IMG/VR virus record: IMGVR_UViG_3300017731_000001 | DNA from: a virus | Strand: one strand, 5' to 3' | Length of the DNA: 64,000 nucleotides | In this document: positions 20,345-30,657 of the stretch, in pieces | Position numbering within the stretch: position 1 is the first letter of the stretch | Layout of the letters: each line of letters opens with the position of its first letter | Position numbers and translations under genes: made by a program | Notes under the pieces: generated by a model | Seen by the model: the letters and a program-made list of their open reading frames with translations, nothing else | Database searches by the model: none | What the model was told of the DNA's origin: nothing

Positions 20345-22293
20345 TGCCAAGCATAAACGATAGAATTGGATCACAAAACGTAATTCGCGTATTATCCAAT
20401 GCTTCTGCGCCACCATCAAGATTACTCAATCTAACTGACGTTGATTCAACATCTCAGACAGATGGTAATTTATTAATCTGGGATTCTACAGATAATAAAT
20501 TCTTCATGAGTCGTACTCTCGATTCAACAGAGGGATACGAATTTACTGGTGGAACAAATTCAGTAGGAATAGTATCATTTTCGGGAAGCACTCAATCAGA
20601 ATCAACTGTAACTGGTGCAGTAATTGTTAGTGGTGGTTTTGCAGTAGGAAAAAATGTAAATTTTGCTGCCGGATTAAATGTTGTTGGTATTGCAACTTTC
20701 TCAAATGAACTTGATATTAATGCCGCTGTTGATATTTTAAGGGGATTAAATGTCTCCGGTATTACGAGTGTAGCATCCCTCAATATAGGTGCCACACAAG
20801 TAATTAGTAGCGGAAGAGAACTTCAAAATATTGCTTCTTTAGATGCTACCACCACAGCAACTATTGAGGCAGCAATTGAAGTAGCTCCAAATAAATTTAC
20901 TGATTTAAAAATTACCGGTGTATCAACTTTCATCGGTATCGCAACATATGCCGCAGGACTTCAAGTCTTTTCCGGTGTATCAACATTTAATGCTGCGGTT
21001 GACATTGATGCGGGATTAGATGTAGATGGACAGACTGACCTAGATGAACTAGTCGTTCCTGGTGTTTCAACTTTTAGTAATACAGTTGATATAAATGCTG
21101 GCGGTCAGGCAAATACATTTAAAGTAGAGGATCTTACAGATAATCGAGTAGTAATTGCCGGAACTGGTGGAGAACTTGAGGATGATTCAAATTTCACCTT
21201 TGATGGTGCTACATTATCAGTTGGTGTAAAATTAGATGTAGATGGAGACACTCAAGTAGATGATCTAAATGTTGCAGGTGTTGCGACTTTTAGTTCTCTC
21301 GTTGATGCAAATAATCGTCTTGATGTAGTCGGTGGTGCCAATCTAGACCAACTAAATGTATCCGGTATTACTACACTTGGTGCTGTTGATATTAACGGCA
21401 TAATAGACATTGATGGTCAATTAGATGTAGATGAGTTAATAGTTGCTGGTGTTTCCACTTTCAATTCTGCGGTTGACATTGATGCAGGATTGGATGTAGA
21501 TGGACAAACAGATTTAGATGAACTAGTCGTTGCTGGTGTTTCTACATTCTCTAATGCGGTTGATATTAACAGCACATTAGATGTAGATGGCGATACTCAA
21601 GTAGACGATTTAAATGTTGCTGGTGTTGCAACCTTCAGTTCTCTCGTTGATGCCAACAACAGATTAGATGTTGTTGGTGGTGCTAATTTAGATCAATTAA
21701 ATGTTGCTGGTGTATCTACATTTAGTGCTGCTGTTGATATCAATAGCACCTTAGATGTTGATGGAGACACTCAAGTAGATGATCTCAATGTTGCCGGTGT
21801 TGCAACATTTAGTTCACTTATAGATGCTAACAACAGATTAGATGTTGTTGGTGGTGCTAATCTGGATCAACTTAATGTTGCCGGAATTGCCACATTTACT
21901 ACTATTGACGCTAATGGTGGTTTAGATATTGATGGACAATTGGATGTTGATGAACTGGTTGTTGCCGGTGTTTCTACATTCTTGAATGCTGTAGATATCA
22001 ATAACACTCTTGATGTTGATGGTGATACTCAAGTAGATGACCTCAACGTTGCCGGTGTTGCGACCTTCAGTTCTTTAATAGATGCCAATAACAGATTAGA
22101 TGTTGTTGGTGGTGCAAATTTAGATCAATTAAATGTTGCTGGAGTATCGACCTTTGGTAATGTTTCTATTTTCAATGATGATGTAAGAATTACTGCCGGG
22201 GGATTGAATGTTGTTGGTGTTTCAACATTCTCTACTAATGTAAATGTTACAGGAACACTTGATGCCGGACTCATCGATGGAGGTACATACTGA
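20344..22293 (+). CDS. Repeat-rich fibre/whisker-like virion protein (649 aa) at the wac-like position before gp13
   Basis: LTDVD N-terminal motif, ~29 aa tandem repeats and C-terminal IDGGTY; TAATG/TGATG coupling with neighbours. Confidence 0.65.
   Translation: MPSINDRIGSQNVIRVLSNASAPPSRLLNLTDVDSTSQTDGNLLIWDSTDNKFFMSRTLDSTEGYEFTGGTNSVGIVSFSGSTQSESTVTGAVIVSGGFAVGKNVNFAAGLNVVGIATFSNELDINAAVDILRGLNVSGITSVASLNIGATQVISSGRELQNIASLDATTTATIEAAIEVAPNKFTDLKITGVSTFIGIATYAAGLQVFSGVSTFNAAVDIDAGLDVDGQTDLDELVVPGVSTFSNTVDINAGGQANTFKVEDLTDNRVVIAGTGGELEDDSNFTFDGATLSVGVKLDVDGDTQVDDLNVAGVATFSSLVDANNRLDVVGGANLDQLNVSGITTLGAVDINGIIDIDGQLDVDELIVAGVSTFNSAVDIDAGLDVDGQTDLDELVVAGVSTFSNAVDINSTLDVDGDTQVDDLNVAGVATFSSLVDANNRLDVVGGANLDQLNVAGVSTFSAAVDINSTLDVDGDTQVDDLNVAGVATFSSLIDANNRLDVVGGANLDQLNVAGIATFTTIDANGGLDIDGQLDVDELVVAGVSTFLNAVDINNTLDVDGDTQVDDLNVAGVATFSSLIDANNRLDVVGGANLDQLNVAGVSTFGNVSIFNDDVRITAGGLNVVGVSTFSTNVNVTGTLDAGLIDGGTY
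20950..22250 (+). repeat. Intragenic ~87 bp (29 aa) tandem repeats forming 174 bp super-repeats
   Basis: LDVDGDTQVDDLNVAGVATFSSL(V/I)DANNRLDVVGGANLDQLNV begins at 21232, 21577, 21751 and 22009. Boundaries are approximate. Confidence 0.9.
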
Positions 22294-23144
22294 TGGCAAA
22301 ACCAGCAAGCAGACAGGAATTAGTTGATTATTCACTGAGGCAGTTGGGAGCTCCTGTATTGGAAATCAATATAGATGATGATCAACTAGATGACTTAGTT
22401 GATGATGCTCTTCAATATTTTCAGGAACGCCATTTTGATGGTATTGAGAGAATGTATCTCAAATATAAACTTACCGAAGATGATATTAATAGAGGAACTG
22501 CTCAAGTTGGCGGGACTAATACAGTAGGTATTGTAACAACATCTGGAATCACTACCACAGTAAGTGGTATGACTACAGCAACTAATTATTTTTACGAAAA
22601 TTCTAATTTCCTTCAAGTTCCAGATTCGGTTATTGGAATTGAAAAGGTGTTTAGATTTGATAGTAGCACTATATCAAACGGAATGTTTAATATTAAATAT
22701 CAGTTATTTCTGAATGATATATATCAGTTCAATTCAATAGAACTCCTTCAATATTCAATGGTAAAAACTTATTTGGAAGATATTGAATTTTTACTGAGCA
22801 CCGATAAGCAGATTAGATTTAATAAAAGACAAAATAGATTGTATTTAGATATTGATTGGAAATCAGAAAAGAAAGATACTTTTCTGATTCTTGATTGTTA
22901 TAGAATTTTAGATCCCAACACATTTACTAATGTGTATAATGATAGTTTTTTAAAGAAATATTTAACTGCTCTCATAAAAAAACAATGGGGACAAAATTTA
23001 TTGAAATTTAGAGGTGCAAAACTTCCAGGTGGATTGGAACTTAATGGAAGAGAATTGTATGATGATGCTTTGAGAGAATTAGATGATATAAAGCAAAGAA
23101 TGTCATCAGAATATGAACTACCACCTCTTGATTTAATCGGATAG
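22293..23144 (+). CDS. gp13: Neck protein gp13
   Basis: LRQLGAPVLEINID, YFQERHFDG and KQWGQNL-KF-G--LPGG motifs; synteny. Confidence 0.92.
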   Translation: MAKPASRQELVDYSLRQLGAPVLEINIDDDQLDDLVDDALQYFQERHFDGIERMYLKYKLTEDDINRGTAQVGGTNTVGIVTTSGITTTVSGMTTATNYFYENSNFLQVPDSVIGIEKVFRFDSSTISNGMFNIKYQLFLNDIYQFNSIELLQYSMVKTYLEDIEFLLSTDKQIRFNKRQNRLYLDIDWKSEKKDTFLILDCYRILDPNTFTNVYNDSFLKKYLTALIKKQWGQNLLKFRGAKLPGGLELNGRELYDDALRELDDIKQRMSSEYELPPLDLIG

Positions 23145-23149
23145 TTATC

Positions 23150-24598
23150 ATGGTATTAAATTCTTATTTTTTGCAAGGGAGTACTGGTGAGCAAACGCTC
23201 ATGCAGGATTTGGTTAATGAGCACATACAAATTCATGGCATAGAGGTATACTATCTACCAAGAAAAATATTTAAAACTGACAATATCATCAAAGAAATTC
23301 AGTCCTCAAAATTCGATGATAGTTTTCTTATAGAAGTATATTTAAATAATGTTGATGGTTATACGCCAGACAGCGATATAATGACAAAGTTTGGTTTAAG
23401 ATTAAAAAATGAAATAAATTTAACAATATCAAGAGAAAGATATGAGGATTTTATTGCTCCCTTTCTTGAAGGAATTTCTTCTGGTATTAGAGATGGTCAA
23501 ATTTTAGAATATACTTTTGGAGATTTGATTGAAAGACCCAAGGAAGGAGATTTAATTTACTTTCCTCTTGGAGAAAGATTGTTTGAAATAAAAAGAGTAG
23601 AACACGAAAAACCATTTTATCAACTTGGCAAACTTTATACGTATGATTTGAGTTGTGAATTGTTTGAATATGAAAATGAATTTATTGATACTAGTATTGC
23701 CGAAGTTGATAATCAACTGAAAGATGAAGGTTATATTACAACAATTGACCTTGTTGGAATTGGACGAACTGCAGATGCAACTGTCGGAGTATCAAGTGGT
23801 CGTGTCACTGAGATATTCTTAAATAACGATGGTTCAGGTTTTACATCTGCACCTACTATTACTTTCTCGGATCCGCAAAATGGTGGATTTACTGCTTCTG
23901 CAGTTGCCATTACAACTCAGAGAGCTAATGTCACTTCAATCTTTAGGATTGAAATGACAAATGCTGGTGCTGGATATACATTGGCACCAACCATTACAAT
24001 TTCTGGTGGTGGTGGTTCAGGTGCTGCCGCAACATGTTCTATCTCCACTACTTTTGGTGTTCAGAACGTTGTTGTTGGTACTGCCGGAACTGGGTACTCA
24101 TTTGCTCCAGATTTTACTATTGCTACTCCTCCATCAGGAATTAACACTGCCGTTCTTAATCCAGTATTCGCATCTTCTGTCGGTGCTGGAATTAATACAG
24201 TAAGAATTCTGAATTCTGGTATTGGTTATACATCCGGTCCAATAAGTCTTGAGTTCTCTGGACCCACTTCTGGAGTTGGAACTTTCCGCTATAATGAAAC
24301 GGTCACGGGTCAAAGTTCTGGAGTTACTGCTGTTGTTAAAGACTTTGATTCTGGTGTCCTAGTTTCTGTTGCAGGAACAGTAACGGTTATTGAAGAAACT
24401 AAACTGAGAGTATCACTCAATACAGGTCAATTCTTTGAAGGAGAAACTATTGTCGGAAGTGCATCCACTGCTACATATATTGTAAAGGCTCATGATCTTG
24501 ATAGTCATGATCAACCATCGGACTCAAATGAAGAAATTGAATTAGAAGCAGATTCTCTTTTAGATTTTAGCGAAAGTAATCCCTTTGGAGAATATTAA
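23150..24598 (+). CDS. gp14: Neck protein gp14 with Gly/Thr-rich insertion
   Basis: EQ-L-QDLVNE, YYLPR, RPKEGDLIYFP, FYQLGK and DFSESNPFG motifs. Confidence 0.92.
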   Translation: MVLNSYFLQGSTGEQTLMQDLVNEHIQIHGIEVYYLPRKIFKTDNIIKEIQSSKFDDSFLIEVYLNNVDGYTPDSDIMTKFGLRLKNEINLTISRERYEDFIAPFLEGISSGIRDGQILEYTFGDLIERPKEGDLIYFPLGERLFEIKRVEHEKPFYQLGKLYTYDLSCELFEYENEFIDTSIAEVDNQLKDEGYITTIDLVGIGRTADATVGVSSGRVTEIFLNNDGSGFTSAPTITFSDPQNGGFTASAVAITTQRANVTSIFRIEMTNAGAGYTLAPTITISGGGGSGAAATCSISTTFGVQNVVVGTAGTGYSFAPDFTIATPPSGINTAVLNPVFASSVGAGINTVRILNSGIGYTSGPISLEFSGPTSGVGTFRYNETVTGQSSGVTAVVKDFDSGVLVSVAGTVTVIEETKLRVSLNTGQFFEGETIVGSASTATYIVKAHDLDSHDQPSDSNEEIELEADSLLDFSESNPFGEY

Positions 24599-25395
24599 TG
24601 TTAGGAACTTATTACTACCACGAAATAATACGAAAGACAATTATTTCTTTCGGAACTTTGTTTAATAACATTAATATTAAGCATAAAAAATCAGATGGAA
24701 CGATTCTTGATGATATTAAAGTTGGTTTGGCATATGGACCACAACAAAAGTATTTGGCAAAAATTCAAGAACAAGCAGAGTTGTCAAAATCAATTGCCAT
24801 AACTTTACCAAGAATGTCATTTGAGATGACAAATATTCAATATGATCCTACAAGAAAATCTGGAATAACACAAACATTCAAGGCATCAGATGGGACAAAT
24901 TTGAAAAAAGTTTTTATGCCTGTTCCTTATAATATTGGATTTGAGTTAAGTATTTTCAGTAAATTGAATGATGATGCATTACAAATTATTGAACAGATAC
25001 TTCCATTTTTTCAACCATCATTTAATTTAACAGTAGATCTAGTAAGTTCTATTGGAGAAAAAAGAGACATACCCATAGTGCTAGAAAATATTTCTTTCCA
25101 AGATGATTATGAAGGATCTTTTGAAACTAGAAGAGCATTAATATACACTTTAAGTTTCACTGCAAAAACTTATTTGTTTGGTCCGGTTGCCGAAAGTACA
25201 GAAGGACTTATCAAAAAAGTTATTGTCGATCAACATTCTGGCACAAATACTCAAACTGCAAAACGAGAGGTCAGATATACCGTTACTCCAGATCCATCGG
25301 ATGCCGGACCAAATGATGATTTTGGATTCTCCGAAACTTGGACTGATTATGATGATTCAAAAGACCCCAGTCCTACAAGACAAATAGATTTGTAA
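24598..25395 (+). CDS. gp15: Tail sheath stabilizer/terminator gp15
   Basis: FGTLFNNI, LPRMSFE, YDPTRK, PVPYNI and QIIEQILPFFQP motifs. Confidence 0.93.
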   Translation: MLGTYYYHEIIRKTIISFGTLFNNINIKHKKSDGTILDDIKVGLAYGPQQKYLAKIQEQAELSKSIAITLPRMSFEMTNIQYDPTRKSGITQTFKASDGTNLKKVFMPVPYNIGFELSIFSKLNDDALQIIEQILPFFQPSFNLTVDLVSSIGEKRDIPIVLENISFQDDYEGSFETRRALIYTLSFTAKTYLFGPVAESTEGLIKKVIVDQHSGTNTQTAKREVRYTVTPDPSDAGPNDDFGFSETWTDYDDSKDPSPTRQIDL

Positions 25396-25401
25396 TTTGA
25401 T

Positions 25402-25842
25402 ATGAAAAATAACTATGATAATTTAGATCAAGCACTTAATGTTGAGAGCAGCATTGTTGAGGTTGATAAAACACCTAAATCTCTTGATGTTGTTCCTCCA
25501 AAATCTGCATCAAAACCAGAAGATATTAAAAAAGATTATGATTATACCCGAGCAAATTTATATTCTCTGATCGAAAAAGGTCAGGAAACTTTAAATGGTA
25601 TAATGGAACTTGCCAGCGAAGGCGGAAGTCCCAGAGCATATGAAGTTGCAGGTCAACTTATTAAATCAGTTGCTGATACGACTGATAAATTGATGGACCT
25701 ACAGAAAAAGGTAAAAGAGGTAGATGAAGAATCGACAAGTAAAACTAGCAGTGTCACAAACAATGCAGTGTTTATTGGTTCTACCTCAGACTTATCAAAA
25801 ATGTTAAAGAAAGGATTTTTAGATAGTAATTCCGAAAAATAG
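25402..25842 (+). CDS. gp16: Terminase small subunit gp16
   Basis: DYDYTRANL, SPRAYEVAGQLIK and NNAVFIGST motifs. Confidence 0.93.
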   Translation: MKNNYDNLDQALNVESSIVEVDKTPKSLDVVPPKSASKPEDIKKDYDYTRANLYSLIEKGQETLNGIMELASEGGSPRAYEVAGQLIKSVADTTDKLMDLQKKVKEVDEESTSKTSSVTNNAVFIGSTSDLSKMLKKGFLDSNSEK

Positions 25843-25857
25843 TTTTGTATTTAAATT

Positions 25858-27507
25858 ATGACTGATAGTGTATACCTAGGTAATCCCAACCTAAAAAAAG
25901 CAAATACGCCGATTGAATTTAGTGAAGAACAAATCATAGAATTCCTCAAGTGTAAAGAAGATCCCGTATATTTTGCAAATAATTATATAAAAATTATTTC
26001 TCTGGATGAAGGATTGACACAGTTCCATCCATATCATTTTCAGAAAAAATTAATTAATAATTTTCATAACAACAGATTTAATATTTGTAAGATGCCACGA
26101 CAGACTGGTAAATCTACAACTGTTATTTCATATCTCCTTCATTATCTTATTTTCAATGATAGTGTCAATATTGGAATTCTTGCAAACAAAGCAGCAACTG
26201 CCAGAGAACTTTTAGCAAGACTTGCAACAGCATATGAGAATCTTCCTAAGTGGATGCAACAGGGTGTATTAGTTTGGAATAAAGGTAATATTGAATTAGA
26301 AAACGGAAGTAAAATTTTAGCAGCATCTACATCTGCAAGTGCTGTCCGAGGAATGTCATTTAACATTTTGTTTCTTGACGAATTTGCATTCGTTCCAAAT
26401 CATGTTGCAGATTCTTTCTTTGCATCTGTTTATCCTACTATTACTTCCGGTAAAAACACCAAGGTAATTATCGTATCTACACCACATGGTATGAATCACT
26501 TCTACCGTATGTGGCACGATGCTGAGAGGGGAAAGAACGAATATATCCCGACTGATGTCCATTGGAGTGAAGTTCCCGGCAGGGATGCCGAATGGAAGGA
26601 TACTACGATTGCAAACACATCTGAACAACAGTTTAAGGTTGAGTTTGAATGCGAATTCTTAGGTTCTGTTAATACACTAATCAATCCATCAAAACTTAGA
26701 AACCTTGTATATGAAGATCCGATAAAAAGAAATGCTGGTCTTGATATCTATGAGAATCCAATAAAGGAACATAATTATATAATGACTGTTGATGTCGCAA
26801 GGGGACTTGGAAATGATTACTCTGCATTCATAGTTTTTGATACAACAGAATTTCCATATAAAGCTATTGCCAAATACAGAAACAACGAAATAAAACCAAT
26901 GTTGTTTCCAAATATTATTCTTGATGTTGCTAAAGCATATAATCAAGCATACTTAATGATAGAAGTAAATGACATTGGAGATCAGGTTGCAAGTATTCTT
27001 CAATATGATTTAGAATATCAAAATATTTTAATGGCTTCCATGAGAGGAAGAAATGGTCAGATTGTCGGACAGGGATTTTCTGGAAAGAAAACTCAACTCG
27101 GTGTAAGAATGACTGCTGCAGTTAAAAAATTAGGATGCTCTAATTTAAAGACACTTTTAGAGGATGATAAGTTACTTACGGTAGATTATGATATCATTTC
27201 AGAACTAACTACATTCTCTCAAAAACATAATTCTTTTGAAGCAGAGGAAGGATGTAATGATGACCTTGCAATGTGTCTTGTTATTTTTTCTTGGTTAGTG
27301 CAACAAGAATATTTCAAAGAAATGACTGATCAGGATGTAAGAAAAAGATTGTACGAAGATCAAAGAGACCAGATAGAACAGGACATGGCTCCATTTGGAT
27401 TTATATCCGATGGATTTGAGGATAGTGGTAGTTTTGTAGATAATAATGGAGATCGTTGGCATACCGATGAATATGGCGATAAATCATATATGTGGGATTA
27501 TATGTGA
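25858..27507 (+). CDS. gp17: Terminase large subunit gp17
   Basis: Walker A PRQTGKS, Walker B FLDEFAF, nuclease VDVARG...DYS and DDLAM motifs. Confidence 0.97.
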   Translation: MTDSVYLGNPNLKKANTPIEFSEEQIIEFLKCKEDPVYFANNYIKIISLDEGLTQFHPYHFQKKLINNFHNNRFNICKMPRQTGKSTTVISYLLHYLIFNDSVNIGILANKAATARELLARLATAYENLPKWMQQGVLVWNKGNIELENGSKILAASTSASAVRGMSFNILFLDEFAFVPNHVADSFFASVYPTITSGKNTKVIIVSTPHGMNHFYRMWHDAERGKNEYIPTDVHWSEVPGRDAEWKDTTIANTSEQQFKVEFECEFLGSVNTLINPSKLRNLVYEDPIKRNAGLDIYENPIKEHNYIMTVDVARGLGNDYSAFIVFDTTEFPYKAIAKYRNNEIKPMLFPNIILDVAKAYNQAYLMIEVNDIGDQVASILQYDLEYQNILMASMRGRNGQIVGQGFSGKKTQLGVRMTAAVKKLGCSNLKTLLEDDKLLTVDYDIISELTTFSQKHNSFEAEEGCNDDLAMCLVIFSWLVQQEYFKEMTDQDVRKRLYEDQRDQIEQDMAPFGFISDGFEDSGSFVDNNGDRWHTDEYGDKSYMWDYM

Positions 27508-27737
27508 TGGACTTTGATGATCAATTAGAACTTGAACATCTTCTTTTTTATGAAAGAAAGTGTAGAGTTTGTGGTCAGAAGAAAGATTTAATGGATGGAT
27601 TTTACTTGATAAGAAAGGGTAGGGGAACTTTGCCCTCGGCATATTCTTATGAATGTAAGGAATGTACGAAAAATAGAATATTGAAAAAAAGAAAAGATAA
27701 AGGTTTAAAAAGTGTGTGGGAATATCCGGATTGGTAA
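27507..27737 (+). CDS. Small zinc-ribbon hypothetical protein
   Basis: CRVC...CKEC. Start at the TGATG overlap with the gp17 stop, preferred over 27492. Confidence 0.7.
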   Translation: MDFDDQLELEHLLFYERKCRVCGQKKDLMDGFYLIRKGRGTLPSAYSYECKECTKNRILKKRKDKGLKSVWEYPDW

Positions 27738-27775
27738 TGTTCATGCATTGTTTCCCCAATGAAAATACCCGTTTT

Positions 27776-27783
27776 AATAAATA
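27776..27783 (+). promoter_or_regulatory. Late promoter (AATAAATA) for gp18
   Basis: One mismatch to TATAAATA, 37 nt upstream of the gp18 ATG; GAGGA SD follows. Confidence 0.7.
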
Positions 27784-27820
27784 TTTTTAGAATAAACTAG
27801 GACTGAGAGAGGAACTTAAG

Positions 27821-30001
27821 ATGCCGCTAAATTTAGCATCTCCCGGTATTGTCGTAAGAGAAGTAGACCTTACTCAAGGAAGAATTGACTCTTCAACTAA
27901 TAAGACAGGCGGAATGGTTGGTGCTTTTGCACAGGGACCAGTAGAATTGCCAACCCTTGTTGGAAACGAAAATGATTTACTGAATAATTTTGGTCAACCA
28001 TATGGTTCTGATAAGCAATATGAAACCTGGATGGTTGCCTCATCATTCTTGGCATATGGTGGGTCATTAAGAATTGTAAGAGCAGATGATGACGACCTTA
28101 AGAATGCTGTAGATAGTAGCAATAGTTCTACAAGTATTAAAATTAAGAGTACAGAACATTATGAAGAATTAAGTTATGACGAAAATGTCGTTCCTAATGT
28201 AATCGTAACTGGCAAGAACCCTGGTTCTTGGGCAAACGGAGTCAGAGTTGCCATTCTTGACTGCAAGGCAGACCAAATTTTAGAACTTCCTGCTGCAGGA
28301 ATTGCCACTGTAGGATTGGGTGTAACTCAAGCTATCGATAGTGTCCTTCCTGGTGTCGGTGCAGGAACAACTCTTGACGGAGTTCTGAAAGGAATCATTA
28401 CTCAAGTAGAGGGAGCACAAGCATACGTTAAAGTCGTATCTCATGTTTCTGCTGCAGGAACAGAAACTGCTGTTGATTATCAACAGAACGGAATTTATCA
28501 GTTTGGTACATCCAATAATATTACAGTTGTTACTAACGCTGGAGTTGCTGCTGCACATACAAGTGTCAATGCAACAGCAGATTGGTTTGATCAGCAAACT
28601 CTTGCAACTTCAACAAATAATGTTGGTGTTGGAACCAGTGTAGCAACTATTCAGTGGAACATTCTTGCTGATAGACCAGGGACTTCCGATTATGCTTCAG
28701 CAAGAGGATCAAGATTTGATGAACTTCATGTTGTAGTTCTTGACGGAGACGGAAAAATTACCGGAAATGCCGGAACTGTTCTTGAAAAACATCTTAATCT
28801 TTCCAAAGCAAAGGATGCAGAGTTCTCTGCTGGTTCTACTGCTTATTGGAGAAAATATCTAAAAAATAATTCAAACTTCATTTTTGGTGGTGGTGCTCCC
28901 ACTGGATTAACAACCACCGGATTTAGTGCTGCCTTCACCGAACAGGGTGATTTTGGTTGGGATCAGAATGCTAAAGGAATTATATTTGGTGCAACTGGAA
29001 AACAAGACCTGACTTTGGTAAACGGCAAAGATTATAATGGTGCTTCCGGAATCGGAACAGTTGATAGTTTGAAAGCAACTGTTTCTAAGTTATCGACAGG
29101 ATATCAGTTATTCCAAAATAATGATGCTTATGCAGTAGATTTCTTATTGATGGGTTCAGGAAATCACGGTAAGACAGAAGCGCAAAATCTTGCTCAACAA
29201 GTTATTGCAGTTGCTGACATCAGAAAGGATGCAGTCGCATTTATTTCACCTTATAGAGGTGCATTCATAAATGACTCTTCTGCCGGTTCTGTAACCGTTA
29301 ATAATGATGTTGAGATCACTAGCAATGTTCTGAGTTTCTATTCTCCATTAACATCATCATCCTATGCTGTATTTGATAGTGGATACAAGTACATGTATGA
29401 TAGATTTGCAGACACTTTCCGCTATGTACCTCTGAACGGCGATATTGCCGGAACATGTGTCAGAACAGACATTAATAGTTTCCCCTGGTTCTCTCCAGCA
29501 GGAACTGCTAGAGGTGCCATTCTTAATGCAGTTAAACTTACATACAATCCATCAAAAGAGCAAAGAGACGTTCTGTATTCCAACAGAATTAATCCAGTCG
29601 TATTCCAAGCTGGTTCAGGAATCGTTCTTTTCGGAGACAAAACAGCACTTGCCAAGTCTTCGGCATTTGATCGCATCAATGTTCGTCGCTTATTCATCTA
29701 TCTGGAAAATGCCATCGAGGCTGCTGCCAGAGATCAATTGTTTGAATTCAACGATGAAATCACGAGAACTAATTTCGTGAATATTGTTGAACCTTTCCTC
29801 CGTGATGTAACGGCAAAGAGAGGTATTCAAGATTACGTTGTTGTCTGCGATGAGACAAACAACACTGCTGCTATTATAGATAATAATGAGTTTGTAGCAG
29901 ACATCTTTGTCAAACCAGCAAGATCGATTAACTTCATTGGTCTGACATTTGTTGCCACACGCACAGGTGTCTCATTCGAAGAAGTTATTGGTTCTGTTTA
30001 A
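27821..30001 (+). CDS. gp18: Tail sheath protein gp18
   Basis: SPGIVVREVD, PWFSPAG, FDRINVRRLF and KPARSINFI motifs. Confidence 0.97.
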   Translation: MPLNLASPGIVVREVDLTQGRIDSSTNKTGGMVGAFAQGPVELPTLVGNENDLLNNFGQPYGSDKQYETWMVASSFLAYGGSLRIVRADDDDLKNAVDSSNSSTSIKIKSTEHYEELSYDENVVPNVIVTGKNPGSWANGVRVAILDCKADQILELPAAGIATVGLGVTQAIDSVLPGVGAGTTLDGVLKGIITQVEGAQAYVKVVSHVSAAGTETAVDYQQNGIYQFGTSNNITVVTNAGVAAAHTSVNATADWFDQQTLATSTNNVGVGTSVATIQWNILADRPGTSDYASARGSRFDELHVVVLDGDGKITGNAGTVLEKHLNLSKAKDAEFSAGSTAYWRKYLKNNSNFIFGGGAPTGLTTTGFSAAFTEQGDFGWDQNAKGIIFGATGKQDLTLVNGKDYNGASGIGTVDSLKATVSKLSTGYQLFQNNDAYAVDFLLMGSGNHGKTEAQNLAQQVIAVADIRKDAVAFISPYRGAFINDSSAGSVTVNNDVEITSNVLSFYSPLTSSSYAVFDSGYKYMYDRFADTFRYVPLNGDIAGTCVRTDINSFPWFSPAGTARGAILNAVKLTYNPSKEQRDVLYSNRINPVVFQAGSGIVLFGDKTALAKSSAFDRINVRRLFIYLENAIEAAARDQLFEFNDEITRTNFVNIVEPFLRDVTAKRGIQDYVVVCDETNNTAAIIDNNEFVADIFVKPARSINFIGLTFVATRTGVSFEEVIGSV

Positions 30002-30034
30002 TTCTACTTAATTACAAACGAGGTTTAAAGAAAA

Positions 30035-30628
30035 ATGCCTAGTCGTCAGCAACTAAACACCACTCCACTAAGAACAATTAGTGATTTCAAAAGTAGATTA
30101 TCTGGTGGTGGAGCAAGACCAAATCTATTTGAAGTAGAATTAGCATTCCCGGATGCTGTTGCAATTAATAATGATATTTTGCAGAAAGCAAGATTCCTTG
30201 TGAAAGCAGCTGCTCTTCCAGCATCTACCATTGCTCCTATTGATGTTCCATTCAGAGGGCGTATCTTAAAGATTGCCGGAGATAGAACTTTCGAAACTTG
30301 GACAATTACCGTCATCAACGATACTGATTTCTCCATTCGCTCTGCCTTTGAGAAATGGATGAATACAATTAACAAAATGTCGGATGCAACAGGTGTTGTG
30401 GACCCAGAAGCATATCAAAAAGATGCTACTGTGAAGCAATTAGATCGTGATGGTTCTGTTCTTAGATCCTATAAATTCTGGGATATTTTCCCAACTAATA
30501 TTTCTACAATTGACTTAAGTTACGAAACAACTGATACTCTCGAAGAGTTTACAGTTGAACTTCAAGTTCAGTGGTGGGAAGCATATAGAGGAACTTCACC
30601 AGCAGCAGGTGGTGAAAATATCAGCTAA
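30035..30628 (+). CDS. gp19: Tail tube protein gp19
   Basis: GGARPNLFEV, FRGR-LKIAGDRTF and EEFTV motifs. Confidence 0.96.
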   Translation: MPSRQQLNTTPLRTISDFKSRLSGGGARPNLFEVELAFPDAVAINNDILQKARFLVKAAALPASTIAPIDVPFRGRILKIAGDRTFETWTITVINDTDFSIRSAFEKWMNTINKMSDATGVVDPEAYQKDATVKQLDRDGSVLRSYKFWDIFPTNISTIDLSYETTDTLEEFTVELQVQWWEAYRGTSPAAGGENIS

Positions 30629-30631
30629 ATA
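30625..30631 (+). promoter_or_regulatory. Late promoter variant CTAAATA for gp20
   Basis: CTAAATA overlapping the gp19 stop, 26 nt upstream of the gp20 ATG. Confidence 0.65.
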
Positions 30632-30657
30632 GTCAAACAGAGTAAAACTACTATAAT

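Noticed and set aside
20950-22250. Repeat array as possible CRISPR or DGR
   Set aside because: The repeats are in-frame, vary at synonymous sites and have no unique spacers; no cas or reverse transcriptase genes and no adenine-specific variation.
27507-27737. Zinc-ribbon ORF after the terminase as a homing endonuclease
   Set aside because: Too short, with no HNH, GIY-YIG or endonuclease VII catalytic motif; at most a remnant.
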